A program made the translations under genes and the position numbers. A stretch of 63,666 nt of DNA, counting the filler, from Licmophora abbreviata (Eukaryota), in assembly GCA_900291995.1 (NCBI GenBank). It is 22 parts of 22 records of this genome, joined end to end, with 100 filler letters (N's around TTAATTAATTAA, not from the genome) between each part and the next. Parts side by side here need not be neighbours in the genome. Positions count along the whole stretch, not along the records: positions 39,181 to 43,502 come from OLMU01005027.1; positions 43,603 to 45,129 come from OLMU01005028.1; positions 45,230 to 46,301 come from OLMU01005029.1; positions 46,402 to 48,996 come from OLMU01005030.1; positions 49,097 to 50,302 come from OLMU01005031.1; positions 50,403 to 54,183 come from OLMU01005033.1; 16 more parts are not named here. One strand, written 5' to 3'. Position 1 is the first letter of the stretch. The number at the start of each line of letters is the position of its first letter. Positions 40,698 to 50,995 of this stretch are shown here, one piece after another. Below the pieces are notes generated by a model. The model made no database searches and was not told the DNA's origin. It was given only the letters and a program-made list of their open reading frames with translations.

Positions 40698-41819
40698 TCA
40701 GCCGCGCTCGACCAGCACCGAGCCCACGGAATATCCCGCCCCGAAGGAACAGATCAGACCGGCATCCCCGGGCTTGAGGTCATCCGAATACTTGGAGAAC
40801 GCGATGATCGACCCCGCAGACGAGGTATTGGCGTAATCCTGCAGGATATTGGGCTGTTCGTCGGGGGTGGGCACGCGGCCCATGACCTTCTTGCCGATGA
40901 AATCATTCATCGACTTGTTCGCCTGATGCAGCCACAGACGCCGCAAATCGCTGGCCTCCACGGCTTCGTCGGACAGATGCGCCGCAATATGCGCCGAGAC
41001 CATAGGCAGCACTTCCTTGAAGACCTTGCGGCCTTCCTGCATGAACTGCATGTCGCGGCGATCTTTCAGGCCATCGGGCCGGGTGCGGCGCAGAAACCCG
41101 TTATTGTTCCGTATATTGTTGGAAAACTGCGTGGCGCAGCGCGTGGAGCGCACGACGAAATGTGCGCCTTTGGCGTCTTTGGCGCGTTCCAGCACAAGCG
41201 CCGTGCAGACATCTCCGAAGATGAAATGACAATCCCTGTCGCGCCATTCCAGATGGCCCGAGCAGATCTCGGGGCTGACCACCAGCGCACAGCGCACCGA
41301 CCCAGAGCGGATCATGTCGGAGGCCGCCTGAATGCCGAACGTGGCCGAGGAACAGGCGACATTCATATCGAAGGCAAAGCCGCCAGCGCCCAGAAGCTGC
41401 TGAATTTCAATGGCAATAGCGGGATAGGGGCGCTCGTGGTTGGAGGCGGCACAAATCACCAGATCGACTTCATCGGCGCGCCGCCCGGCCTGTTCAAGCG
41501 CCTTGCGTCCGGCATCCAGCGCCATCTCCGACATGATCGACGGCTCATCATCGCTTCGCTGGCGAAACTGTGGATGCATCACGGCAGGGTCCAGAACGCC
41601 GGTTTTGTCCATGACATGACGTTGCTCGATCCCCGAGGCGCCGAGGATGAACTCCGAAGAGGACGGGGCCTTGGCCGCAATCTGGCCTGCCGCGATGGCA
41701 TCCGCGTTTTCGGAATTGAAACGCTCGGCATAGGCGTTAAAGGCGGCGACCAGCTCATCATTGGTGATGACCTGATCGGGCGTGAAAACGCCGCTGCCTG
41801 TGATGGCGGGTCTGTGCAT
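40698..41819 (-). CDS. Beta-ketoacyl-ACP synthase III-like protein
   Basis: FDMNVACSS, FGD, HQAN, YANTSSA, CSFGAG. Confidence 0.9.
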   Translation of the reverse strand: MHRPAITGSGVFTPDQVITNDELVAAFNAYAERFNSENADAIAAGQIAAKAPSSSEFILGASGIEQRHVMDKTGVLDPAVMHPQFRQRSDDEPSIMSEMALDAGRKALEQAGRRADEVDLVICAASNHERPYPAIAIEIQQLLGAGGFAFDMNVACSSATFGIQAASDMIRSGSVRCALVVSPEICSGHLEWRDRDCHFIFGDVCTALVLERAKDAKGAHFVVRSTRCATQFSNNIRNNNGFLRRTRPDGLKDRRDMQFMQEGRKVFKEVLPMVSAHIAAHLSDEAVEASDLRRLWLHQANKSMNDFIGKKVMGRVPTPDEQPNILQDYANTSSAGSIIAFSKYSDDLKPGDAGLICSFGAGYSVGSVLVERG

Positions 41820-41908
41820 CGGGCCCCTCCTCCGGATGACGCGACAAGATCATCCTATGGCTGCCGCTAGGTCAAGCGTGACGGCGCGGCAGCCCGGCTT
41901 TGATGCAT

Positions 41909-42868
41909 CTAAATCACTAGGTTTGGAGGGGTTTCCCCTTGTAAAGCGGCATAAAGATTATCGACCGCCATCATCCCCATCGCCTCGCGGACCTCGAGCG
42001 CGGCAGTGCCCAGATGCGGCAAGAGCGTCACGTTTTCCATGCTGCGCAAGGCGCTCGGAACCTCGGGTTCATGCTCGTACACATCAAGGCCTGCACCCGC
42101 GATATGGCCAGCCTGCAGCGCGGCGATCAGCGCCACCTCATTGACCACGTCGCCACGGGCGATGTTGACGAAATGTGCGGTTGGCTTCATCGCGGCAAAG
42201 AGATCGGCACCGATCATGTGATGCGTCTCGGCCCCACCCGGCACAGCGACAACGACGATATCTGCCTGTTCGGCCAGCGATTGCAGGGTTTCGACGCGGG
42301 TGGCGGGAAAGGCCAGTTCCTTTTCGGAGCGGTTGTAATAGACCACATTCATCCCGAACCCCATGTGACAGCGCTGTGCGATCGCCTGACCGATCCGGCC
42401 CATGCCGATGATCCCCACCGTCTTGCCCGAGACATGGAGCCCCAGCATCTGCGTCGGGTGCCAGCCCTCCCATGTGCCGGCGCGCACCAGCCGCTCACCC
42501 TCGCCTGCGCGGCGCGCGCTCATCAGGATCAGGGTCATGGCGATATCGGCGGTGGCATCGGTGACGGCGCCAGGGGTGTTGGTGACCATGACGCCCGCCG
42601 CGCGGGCGGCGCGCACGTCGATATGGTTGTATCCCACCCCGAAATTGGCCAGCACCTTGCAGCGCGGGTTCTCGGTATCCAGGAATACCTCGGCCGAGAA
42701 CATGTCGCCAAGCGTCGGCAACACCCCATCATAGAGTGCCAGCGCGGCCCGCATCTGCCCTATCTTGAGAGGGGCAGTCTCTTCGCGCACTTCAACCTCG
42801 TCGAAGAGATCCCGGGCACGGGCAAGAACGCGGTCAGGCAGCGGGCGGGTCAGGTATACGCGGCTCAA
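41909..42868 (-). CDS. D-2-hydroxyacid dehydrogenase (glyoxylate reductase/D-glycerate dehydrogenase)
   Basis: FGVGYNHID, NTPG, GMGRIG, NIARG, LDVYEHEP, LPHLG. Confidence 0.92.
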   Translation of the reverse strand: MSRVYLTRPLPDRVLARARDLFDEVEVREETAPLKIGQMRAALALYDGVLPTLGDMFSAEVFLDTENPRCKVLANFGVGYNHIDVRAARAAGVMVTNTPGAVTDATADIAMTLILMSARRAGEGERLVRAGTWEGWHPTQMLGLHVSGKTVGIIGMGRIGQAIAQRCHMGFGMNVVYYNRSEKELAFPATRVETLQSLAEQADIVVVAVPGGAETHHMIGADLFAAMKPTAHFVNIARGDVVNEVALIAALQAGHIAGAGLDVYEHEPEVPSALRSMENVTLLPHLGTAALEVREAMGMMAVDNLYAALQGETPPNLVI

Positions 42869-43206
42869 TGCATCTTCTCCCCGTTGGGCACAGGTGTGTC
42901 GGGGGCCAGCAGGACGATCTGGCCATTTTCATCGGACAGGCCAAGCACCAGCACTTCGGACATGAAGGGGCCGATCTGGCGGGCCGGAAAGTTGGTGACG
43001 GCGATCACCTGACGCCCCGGCAGATCGTCGGGGTTGTAATGCGCGGTGATCTGGGCGCTTGTTTTCTTTTCGCCAAGCTCGGGGCCGAAGTCGATCCAGA
43101 GCTTGATCGCGGGTTTGCGGGCCTCGGGGAAGGGTTCGGCGCGGATCACGGTGCCGACGCGGATATCGACCTTGAGGAAATCGTCGATCGAGATCGGGTC
43201 AGCCAT
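42865..43206 (-). CDS. csaA: tRNA-binding/protein secretion chaperone CsaA
   Basis: DDF.KVDIRVGT, ARKPA.KL.IDFG, NFP.RQIG.FMSEVL.LG. Confidence 0.88.
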   Translation of the reverse strand: MADPISIDDFLKVDIRVGTVIRAEPFPEARKPAIKLWIDFGPELGEKKTSAQITAHYNPDDLPGRQVIAVTNFPARQIGPFMSEVLVLGLSDENGQIVLLAPDTPVPNGEKMH

Positions 43207-44122
43207 TGCGCAGCTCCCGCGAGCGGTCGGCGGCGGCGGCAATGGTCTTTTTCATCAATAAAGGCAAGCCCTTGGCCTCGTCCATCAGCACCTCGAGACC
43301 GGCCTGCGTGGTCCCGTTGGGGCTTGTTACATTGACCCTGAGCTGCGCGGGCGTCTCGTCGGCGGCTTCGGCGAGAGCGCCGGCGCCGGCGACGGTGGCT
43401 TGGGCCAGTTGCATTGCAAGCTCGGGCGAGAGGCCCTGGGCTTCGCCGGCGCGGGCCATGCATTCTATCATGTGGAAGACATAGGCCGGACCGGAGCCGG
43501 AGNNNNNNNNNNNNNNNNNNNNNNNNNNNNNNNNNNNNNNNNNNNNTTAATTAATTAANNNNNNNNNNNNNNNNNNNNNNNNNNNNNNNNNNNNNNNNNN
43601 NNAGCCGGAGACGCCGGTGACGGCGTCCATCTGATCCTCGTTTTCGAGGCGCACCACCTGTCCTACGGCGGAAAGAAGCGTTTCGGCCAGATCAAGATGT
43701 TGTGGTTGCGCATGGGCGTTACCGATGATCGCGGTGATGCCCCGACCCACGGCGGCGGGGGTGTTGGGCATCGCGCGGATGATCGGGCTTTGGGCGCCAA
43801 GGGCTTGTTCGAAAGAGGAAATTGGCGTTCCGGCAGCGACCGAGACAAAGAGCGTTTCGGCATTGCCCATCGCGGCGATGTCAGGAAGGGCATCCCCCAT
43901 CATCTGGGGTTTGACGGCGATCAGCACGATGGCGGGGCTGGCGGGCAGATCGGCGTTGATGTTCACACCGGTCGATTGCAGCCACTCCGAGGGGTTGGGA
44001 TCGATCACCCAGACGGATTTGGGGGGCAGTCCGCCGGACAGCCAGCCCTGCAGCATGGCCGATCCCATCTTGCCGCAGCCCAGTAAAACAAGGCCTTTGC
44101 GCGCCAATTCGTCCATATTCAT
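43199..44122 (-). CDS. proC: Pyrroline-5-carboxylate reductase (spans gap)
   Basis: GCGKMG, AVKPQ, RAMPNTP, AVTGVSGSGPAY, VTSPNGTT. Confidence 0.95.
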
Positions 44123-44213
44123 GATCCGATTCCCGTTCCCAATTTGCGATCAGGGTAGGGATACGCGCGGCGCCGGGGGGGTGCAATGGCGCCGCGGAGA
44201 GGTTTTTCCGAGG

Positions 44214-44714
44214 TCAGGCGCGGCCGAAGGCTTCGGCGATGGCGACCTGAATGGCCTGTTCCGGAGTTTGATCGCCCCATACAACCAATTGAAAAGCCGG
44301 GTAAAAACGCTCGCAATTGGTGAAGGCGGCATGGATCAGGGTATCCACTTGGTCGGGACTGACGGCTTGGGCGCCGGTCATCACCAGACCGTAGCGGTAG
44401 ACCATCAGTTTCTGTTCATCCCAATAGGTGAAAGCGCCGGCCCAGCACTGATCGTTTACATCGTTAAGTATATGATAAAGCGCAGGAATCTTCTCCTCGG
44501 GAGGCTCCATCTCGAAGGTGCAGACCATGCGGAGGGTCTCATCATAGGAGGACCAGGCAAGTGTGATCGAGTAGGTGCGCCACTGGCCCTCGACGGCCAT
44601 TGCGATCTGATCGTCGCCGATACGATCGAACTCCCAGTCGTGATGTTCGGCAAGATGTTCAACGATATCAATCGGATGGAGATCTTCTTGCAAGAACTGC
44701 TCGGACAGTGCCAT
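44214..44714 (-). CDS. YbjN-domain protein
   Basis: HPID.VE.LA...W.FDR, EG.WRTY, CERFYPAFQ.V.W; usual position upstream of proC. Confidence 0.85.
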   Translation of the reverse strand: MALSEQFLQEDLHPIDIVEHLAEHHDWEFDRIGDDQIAMAVEGQWRTYSITLAWSSYDETLRMVCTFEMEPPEEKIPALYHILNDVNDQCWAGAFTYWDEQKLMVYRYGLVMTGAQAVSPDQVDTLIHAAFTNCERFYPAFQLVVWGDQTPEQAIQVAIAEAFGRA

Positions 44715-45066
44715 CGCGCCACCTCATTTTGCTGTAGCGCCGGGGCTTTGCAGCGCCCCAAGCGCTAGGTGCCTGCTCTAAGGAAGGGGGAGGATTCCAC
44801 CCATCCTACAAGATATGGTGCGTGGTTTGGCATACCCTGTAAAGCTATTTGTTGAGGATAACCGCAATAAGTTGTGGATGACTTCAAAATGGCCTCAAGA
44901 TGCAGCAGGCCGTTCCAGAGGCGATTTCCACCAGTGTGACAGCGGCATGACGGCGTGGCCCCGTCGCCGGGAAAAATGCGTATGTTTCGTACAAATCCTA
45001 CACGCGTTTGGGACGAAATCGGGCGCGCAAACCGGGAGTTGTGTCCATCCCGTACACAACTCGCGT

Positions 45067-45129
45067 ATTTCGCCCCCTGCCCCGCCCCCAATTTCCGCCC
45101 CCTGCCCCGCCCCCTAATTTCGCCCCCTG
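45067..45129. repeat. ~25-bp C-rich tandem repeat at contig end
   Basis: ATTTC(C)GCCCCCTGCCCCGCCCCC(T)A x2.5, running into the gap. Confidence 0.8.
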
Positions 45130-45229
45130 NNNNNNNNNNNNNNNNNNNNNNNNNNNNNNNNNNNNNNNNNNNNTTAATTAATTAANNNNNNNNNNNNNNN
45201 NNNNNNNNNNNNNNNNNNNNNNNNNNNNN

Positions 45230-45365
45230 CGCGCAGCTCGGCGATGATCTGGGCACGCTCGACCGGGTCAGTCTCGTGGCCCAGCGCTTCGCGCAGGCGG
45301 CGGGCCTGCGCCAGCGTGTCTTCCAGAGCACGCAGAAGATCGGAGGCTGGATCGCAGCCGGTCAT
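45230..45365 (-). CDS. Small hypothetical protein (truncated by gap), divergent from the HTH gene
   Basis: MTGCDPASDLLRALEDTLAQARRLREALG..., helical/coiled composition. Confidence 0.45.
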
Positions 45366-45533
45366 CGCGGACCATCCAAAGAAGGCTGGCGCCGGGCTGC
45401 GCAACCTTGGGGGGCAACAGTTTTTTCGGGTTCCTCGTACACGCGTAAGCCATGATAATTGCGTCACTAATCACACATTGTGTAATCAATTAACCTTCTG
45501 GTCAACAAAGGAGTTTCGTGCAAACTCGCGCCT

Positions 45534-46241
45534 GTGACACAGTTCAGTTTCGACATCCTGAGAGACGGTATCAACGAGGGCATCGCCCGGCACGGGTTGC
45601 GAGGCTATGCGCGAAAGCTGGGGATCGATCTGAACATGCTGCGCAGCATCCGGGACGGTCGCGATATCCAGACATCGAAGCTGGTCGAGGTTGTGGACGC
45701 GATGGGCTTGCGGCTGACGCTGAACGATGGTGGCGCGGAGCCGCGCAACGGCGCGCAACCGGGATTCGGCGAGCCGGGCGGCGGGGCCGAGGGGCCGAAA
45801 CCGGGTTTCCTGCCGATTCCGTTTCATCCCAGCGAGCGGCGCTATGGGCAGACCGCGCCGATCGGTCTTGCGCGCGAGTGGCTGGAGATGCGTGGGCTGA
45901 AGCCCGAAAAGCTGAGTTTCGTGATCGCGCCGGATGACCGGCTGTCACCGCTGGTGGTCGAGGGGGCGCTGTGCCTTGTCGATGGCGGGCAACGCAAGGT
46001 CACGGGCCACGCGATCCGGGCCTATCTGCGCAACGGGCGGCTGGGGATGAGTTATGTGTCTCAGCCTGAGCCGGGGCTGATGATTTTGTCGGGGCTCAAA
46101 CGCTCCGAGCCGCCTTGTGTGGTCCGGGGTCCGGCGCTGGACGAGCTGACCATTCTGGGAACCGTGGTCTGGCGCGGGGCGGACACGGAAGCGGATGCCG
46201 ACACGAATACAGGCGTGCGGGCGTCCGCGCCCGAGGAGTAG
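45534..46241 (+). CDS. CI/LexA-like regulator: XRE-type HTH plus degenerate S24-like domain
   Basis: RGYARKLGIDLNML.SI..G HTH; DDRLSPLV.EGALCLVD aligns to GDSM.P....GD.VLVD; C-terminal ILG.VVW. Confidence 0.7.
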   Translation: MTQFSFDILRDGINEGIARHGLRGYARKLGIDLNMLRSIRDGRDIQTSKLVEVVDAMGLRLTLNDGGAEPRNGAQPGFGEPGGGAEGPKPGFLPIPFHPSERRYGQTAPIGLAREWLEMRGLKPEKLSFVIAPDDRLSPLVVEGALCLVDGGQRKVTGHAIRAYLRNGRLGMSYVSQPEPGLMILSGLKRSEPPCVVRGPALDELTILGTVVWRGADTEADADTNTGVRASAPEE

Positions 46242-46249
46242 AGCGCCTG

Positions 46250-46599
46250 TCAGCCGCGAGATGCGGCTTCGAGGGCGTCGAGGCGGGATTTGAGCGCTTC
46301 GNNNNNNNNNNNNNNNNNNNNNNNNNNNNNNNNNNNNNNNNNNNNTTAATTAATTAANNNNNNNNNNNNNNNNNNNNNNNNNNNNNNNNNNNNNNNNNNN
46401 NGTTTTCCTCGCGGGCCTTTTGGGCCATGGCGCGCACGGCGTCGAATTCCTCGCGGGTGACGAAATCGCGGTCCGCCAGCCAGCGGTCGATCATGGATTT
46501 CATCGCAGTCTCGGCCTCTTCGCGGGCACCCTGAGCGACGCCCATGGCGTTGGTCATGAGTTGCGAGATATCGTCCAGAACCTTGTTGCGGGTTTGCAT
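46250..46599 (-). CDS. ubiK: Accessory factor UbiK/BMFP family (spans gap)
   Basis: DFVTREEFDAVRAMAQKAREEN, continuing after the gap as EALKSRLDALEA. Confidence 0.85.
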
Positions 46600-46696
46600 G
46601 GGTCTCTCCGGCATTGCAGTTTCCCCCTATATGGAGCCTGCGCCCGGCCGGGACAAGGATTGACTTCTTTCGACAACCAAAGGCACACAGTCGCGC

Positions 46697-47584
46697 ATGA
46701 AGGCCATGATCCCCTTTCCAGATATCTCGCCGGAGATTTTCACCATCGCGCTGTTCGGGATGGAATTTTCGCTGCGTTGGTATGCGCTGGCCTATATCGC
46801 AGGAATCGTGATCGGCTGGCGGCTGGTGGTGGCGGCGGTGCGCAGGCCGCATCTGTGGCCCGGCGGTCAGGCGCCGATGGATGCGCGCGCGGTCGAGGAC
46901 CTGCTGACATGGGTGATCCTTGGGGTGATCCTTGGCGGGCGGCTGGGATTCGTGCTGTTTTACCAGCCGGGCTATTATCTGGCGAACCCGCTTGAGATCC
47001 TGCAGGTCTGGCAAGGCGGCATGGCGTTTCATGGCGGGCTTCTGGGTGTGGTGGTGGCCTGTATCCTGTTCGCGCGCAAACGCGGCATCCCGGTGCTGTC
47101 GGTGGCCGATGCGCTGTGCATGGCGACGCCGGTGGGGCTGCTGCTGGGGCGGATCGCGAATTTCATCAATGCCGAGCTTTGGGGGCGGCCAACCGATATG
47201 CCCTGGGGCGTCGTTTTCCCCACGGCGCGGGCGCAGGATTGCCCCGGGATCGAGGGGCCCTGCGCACGGCATCCGTCGCAGCTTTATGAGGCGGGGCTGG
47301 AAGGGCTGCTGCTGGGGGCGATCCTGTTGTGGATGGTCTGGGGGCGCGGCGCGCTGAGGCGGCCCGGTCTGGTGGCGGGTGTGTTCTTTGCGGGCTACGG
47401 GCTGTCGCGGTTCGTGGTGGAGTTCGTGCGGCAGGCGGATGCGCAGTTCATCACGCCCGACAACCCGATGGGCTATGCCTGGCAGATGGGGCAGATGGGG
47501 CTGAGCATGGGGCAGATCCTGTCGCTGCCGATGGTGGTGCTGGGTCTGGTGCTGATCGTGCGGGCGCGTCGCGCGGGCGCATGA
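46697..47584 (+). CDS. lgt: Prolipoprotein diacylglyceryl transferase
   Basis: [43 protein letters not shown]. Confidence 0.97.
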   Translation: MKAMIPFPDISPEIFTIALFGMEFSLRWYALAYIAGIVIGWRLVVAAVRRPHLWPGGQAPMDARAVEDLLTWVILGVILGGRLGFVLFYQPGYYLANPLEILQVWQGGMAFHGGLLGVVVACILFARKRGIPVLSVADALCMATPVGLLLGRIANFINAELWGRPTDMPWGVVFPTARAQDCPGIEGPCARHPSQLYEAGLEGLLLGAILLWMVWGRGALRRPGLVAGVFFAGYGLSRFVVEFVRQADAQFITPDNPMGYAWQMGQMGLSMGQILSLPMVVLGLVLIVRARRAGA

Positions 47585-48657
47585 GCGGACTGCGCGATAT
47601 CCTGATCGCACGCATCCGGGCGGACGGGCCGATGACGCTGGCCGACTATATGGCCGACTGCCTGATGCATCCCGAACATGGCTATTACGCCACGCGCGAC
47701 CCGCTGGGAGCGGCGGGCGATTTCACCACGGCGCCCGAAATCAGCCAGATGTTCGGAGAGCTTCTGGGCCTGTCGCTGGCACAGGCGTGGATGGATCAGG
47801 GATCGCCGGAGGCGTTCACGCTGGCGGAATGCGGGCCGGGGCGCGGGACGCTGATGGCCGATGTGCTGCGCGCGACAAGGCCGGTGCCGGGGTTTCCCGC
47901 GGCGATGCGGGTGCATCTGGTCGAGACATCGGCCACGCTGCGGGCGGTGCAGGGGGCGACGCTGGCCAAGTCTCTGGGACGCGATGATATCACGTGGCAC
48001 GATCATGTGGACGCGCTTCCCGATGCGCCGCTGTTTCTGCTGGCCAACGAGTTCTTCGACGCGCTGCCGATCCGGCAGCTGCAGCGCGAGGGCGGGATGT
48101 GGCGCGAGCGCTGTGTCGGGCTGAGCGGCGACACGCTGACCCTTGGGTTGAGCGCGCCCAAGCCGGTGGCGGCGCTGGCGCATCGGCTGGAGGATACGCG
48201 CGATGGCGATATCGTCGAGATCTGCGCGGGCGCGCAGGCCATGGCGGGGGCGATCGGCGCGCGAATCGGGGCGCATGGCGGTGCGGCGCTGATCGTGGAT
48301 TATGGCGACTGGCGGTCGCTGGGCGATACGTTTCAGGCGGTGGCGGGGCATGAAGCCGCCGATCCGCTGGCCGATCCCGGCGGGGCGGATTTGACCGCGC
48401 ATGTGGATTTCGAGGCGCTGGCGCAGGCCGCTGCCCCGGCAAAGCATAGCCGTCTGACCCCGCAGGGGGTGTTTCTGGAGCGTCTGGGCATCACCGCGCG
48501 GGCGCAGGCGCTGGCGCAGGGACTTGAGGGTGCGGCTCTGGAGGCGCATGTCGCGGCACATCGGCGCTTGACCCATCCCGCGGAAATGGGGACGGTCTTC
48601 AAAGTGCTTGGGCTATTCCCCGAAACAGCGGCGCCGCCGCCCGGACTTGAGACATGA
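47581..48657 (+). CDS. MidA/NDUFAF7-family SAM-dependent methyltransferase
   Basis: [42 protein letters not shown]. Confidence 0.93.
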   Translation: MSGLRDILIARIRADGPMTLADYMADCLMHPEHGYYATRDPLGAAGDFTTAPEISQMFGELLGLSLAQAWMDQGSPEAFTLAECGPGRGTLMADVLRATRPVPGFPAAMRVHLVETSATLRAVQGATLAKSLGRDDITWHDHVDALPDAPLFLLANEFFDALPIRQLQREGGMWRERCVGLSGDTLTLGLSAPKPVAALAHRLEDTRDGDIVEICAGAQAMAGAIGARIGAHGGAALIVDYGDWRSLGDTFQAVAGHEAADPLADPGGADLTAHVDFEALAQAAAPAKHSRLTPQGVFLERLGITARAQALAQGLEGAALEAHVAAHRRLTHPAEMGTVFKVLGLFPETAAPPPGLET

Positions 48658-49506
48658 CGCTGGAAATCATCACCGCCGACAGCCTGTCGCCCTTCCGTCA
48701 CGGGTTCTTCACCCGGCGCGGAGGCGCGTCTTCGGGGGTGTTCCAGGGGCTGAATTGCGGGCCGGGATCGTCGGACCAGTCCGAGATCGTGAGCATCAAC
48801 CGCGCGCGGGTGGCCACGGCGATGGGGGTGGCGCCAGATCATCTGGTGACGCTGCATCAGGTGCATTCGGCGGATGTGATCCCGGTGAGCGGGCCATTGA
48901 CCGACCGCCCGCGCGCCGATGCGCTGGTGAGTGCCACGCCGGGTGTGGCGCTGGCGGTGCTGACCGCCGATTGCCAGCCGGTGCTGTTCGCAGACCNNNN
49001 NNNNNNNNNNNNNNNNNNNNNNNNNNNNNNNNNNNNNNNNTTAATTAATTAANNNNNNNNNNNNNNNNNNNNNNNNNNNNNNNNNNNNNNNNNNNNATGC
49101 AGGCGTCGTGGGTGCGGCCCATGCGGGCTGGCGCGGCGCGCTGGACGGTGTGCTGGAGGCCACGGTCGATGCGATGGAAACCTTGGGCGCCAAGCGCGAG
49201 GCGATCCGGGCCGTCATCGGCCCGTCGATCAGCCAGAGGACCTATGAGGTAGGGCCGGAACTGCTTGAGGATTTCATGGCCGATGACGCGGGCAATGCCC
49301 GTTTCTTCGCCAATGGCGAGGGCGACCGGTATCTGTTCGATCTGCCGGGGTTTGGCCTGCACCGGCTGCGGCAGGCCGGGATCGGTCAGTGCGAATGGAC
49401 GCGGCATTGCACCTATTCGGACCCCGAGCGGTTCTTTTCCTATCGCCGCACGACCCATGCGGGAGAGGCGGATTACGGGCGGTTGATCTCGGTTATCCGG
49501 ATCTGA
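48654..49506 (+). CDS. pgeF: PgeF/YfiH (purine nucleoside phosphorylase/laccase-domain) protein (spans gap)
   Basis: FFTR.GG.S, QVHS, TADC.PVL, AHAGWRG, FFSYRR. Confidence 0.93.
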
Positions 49507-49786
49507 GCCGGGAAATCCGGGATTGGGGCCGATCCGGGGCGAGCACGTCCACAGGATTGCCAAAATTGGGGCGGGCTGCGACGGGGCGCGATTGTTCGAA
49601 TCCTCGCAACCACCTGATTTAAAACGACTTCCATAAATTCGGTCCCATTTCACAATTCGCACCGCGGATTGGCAAAAAAATTGCATCACCGATGGTTGCG
49701 GTCAAATCGCGGCCCCAAAGCGCGGGCATAGTGATGCCGATGACGGACAATACGTCGAGCAGTGACAGTTGTATGAGGACAAGACC

Positions 49787-49894
49787 ATGAAAAAGCGTTG
49801 GATGAAATCGGTGATCGAGACGAGCCTGCAGCCGATGCCCGCCCTGCCCTATGGCCGCAAGGCGCGTCGCAAGGTCGAAACGCAAGCGGCCTGA
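49787..49894 (+). CDS. 35-aa small protein
   Basis: GAGG RBS; MKKRWMKSVIETSLQPMPALPYGRKARRKVETQAA; below the ORF-track cutoff. Confidence 0.6.
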   Translation: MKKRWMKSVIETSLQPMPALPYGRKARRKVETQAA

Positions 49895-50052
49895 GGCGGC
49901 AAGAGGACCGACACAGCAGCGGTCCGATGTGGTCCGGGACAGGCGGAGCGGCCCAGCCGCGCGCCTGAGGTACGACTGAACACGGTTTCACGTCCTTTTG
50001 TCGTCGTCGGTGGGGGCCGGCGCGGTTGTAACGATCCTGAAGGTGACACAAC

Positions 50053-50302
50053 ATGACGATCCCCTATTCGGCGGCCTCGATCAGAGTGAGCCGTCGCCCC
50101 GAAGACAGAGCGCAACCGGGCAGCAATGCCCCGGCCACCGGCACCGCACGCAAGGCGCGGATGCTGCGCAAATATCGCATCATGGCGGAGCTGGCGGACG
50201 GATCGATTCACGAGTCCGAGAATATCGGGCCTGCGATCCCTGCCTTTGAATGCGCCTTTTCCGCCTTTGCGCGCGGCACGCTCATCCGCACCCCCCAAGG
50301 AC
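50053..50302 (+). CDS. Hint-domain protein, N-terminal fragment
   Basis: Ends AFSAFARGTLIRTPQG, the Hint block A pattern (C)F..GTLI.T..G. Confidence 0.7.
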
Positions 50303-50402
50303 NNNNNNNNNNNNNNNNNNNNNNNNNNNNNNNNNNNNNNNNNNNNTTAATTAATTAANNNNNNNNNNNNNNNNNNNNNNNNNNNNNNNNNNNNNNNNNN
50401 NN

Positions 50403-50624
50403 GACCATGGCGAAGACCTGCACCTCGAAGCCCAGCTCGCGCGGATCGACATCGGCATGATAGCCGCGAATATAACCCTGCTCCTCGAGCGTGCGGACCC
50501 TGCGCAGACAGGGCGGCGCCGAGATTCCGACGCGGCGCGCCAGCTCCACATTGGTCATCCGTCCATCTGCCTGAAGTTCGGACAGAATCTTGCGATCAAT
50601 CTCGTCCAGACGGGTTGCGGACAT
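50403..50624 (-). CDS. Lrp/AsnC-family regulator (truncated by gap)
   Basis: LDEIDRKIL.ELQADGR.TNVELARRVGISAPPCLRRVR.LE. Confidence 0.93.
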
Positions 50625-50995
50625 GATTCGCTCCAAAGGTTTGAATTGGTGAAAGTTATAACGCCACCGCAGGCGCGCGCAATATTGTTTCAATAACTCG
50701 CAACTTTGTTAGGCGCAACCGGAGAAATCGGGACAGAATGGCTGTCTTTTCGGGAGGATGCCTGCGTGAAAATGGCCAATTCGGGCAGGAATATGTTCAT
50801 CAGATGGTCAAAACGTGGTAGGGTGATATCGTTTGAAAGAGGGCAAACCCGTGTTTTGTGTCGCGGGTGCCGTCGTCCCGAGCCTGTTGCCATGTGCCTT
50901 GTTTCCCGTTCCCCGTGACGTCGGCTTTCGCGGCCTTGACGCGGTCAATTATGGGCCGCTGCGGCCCTGAAGATATTTGAAAAGGGGGAAGACCC

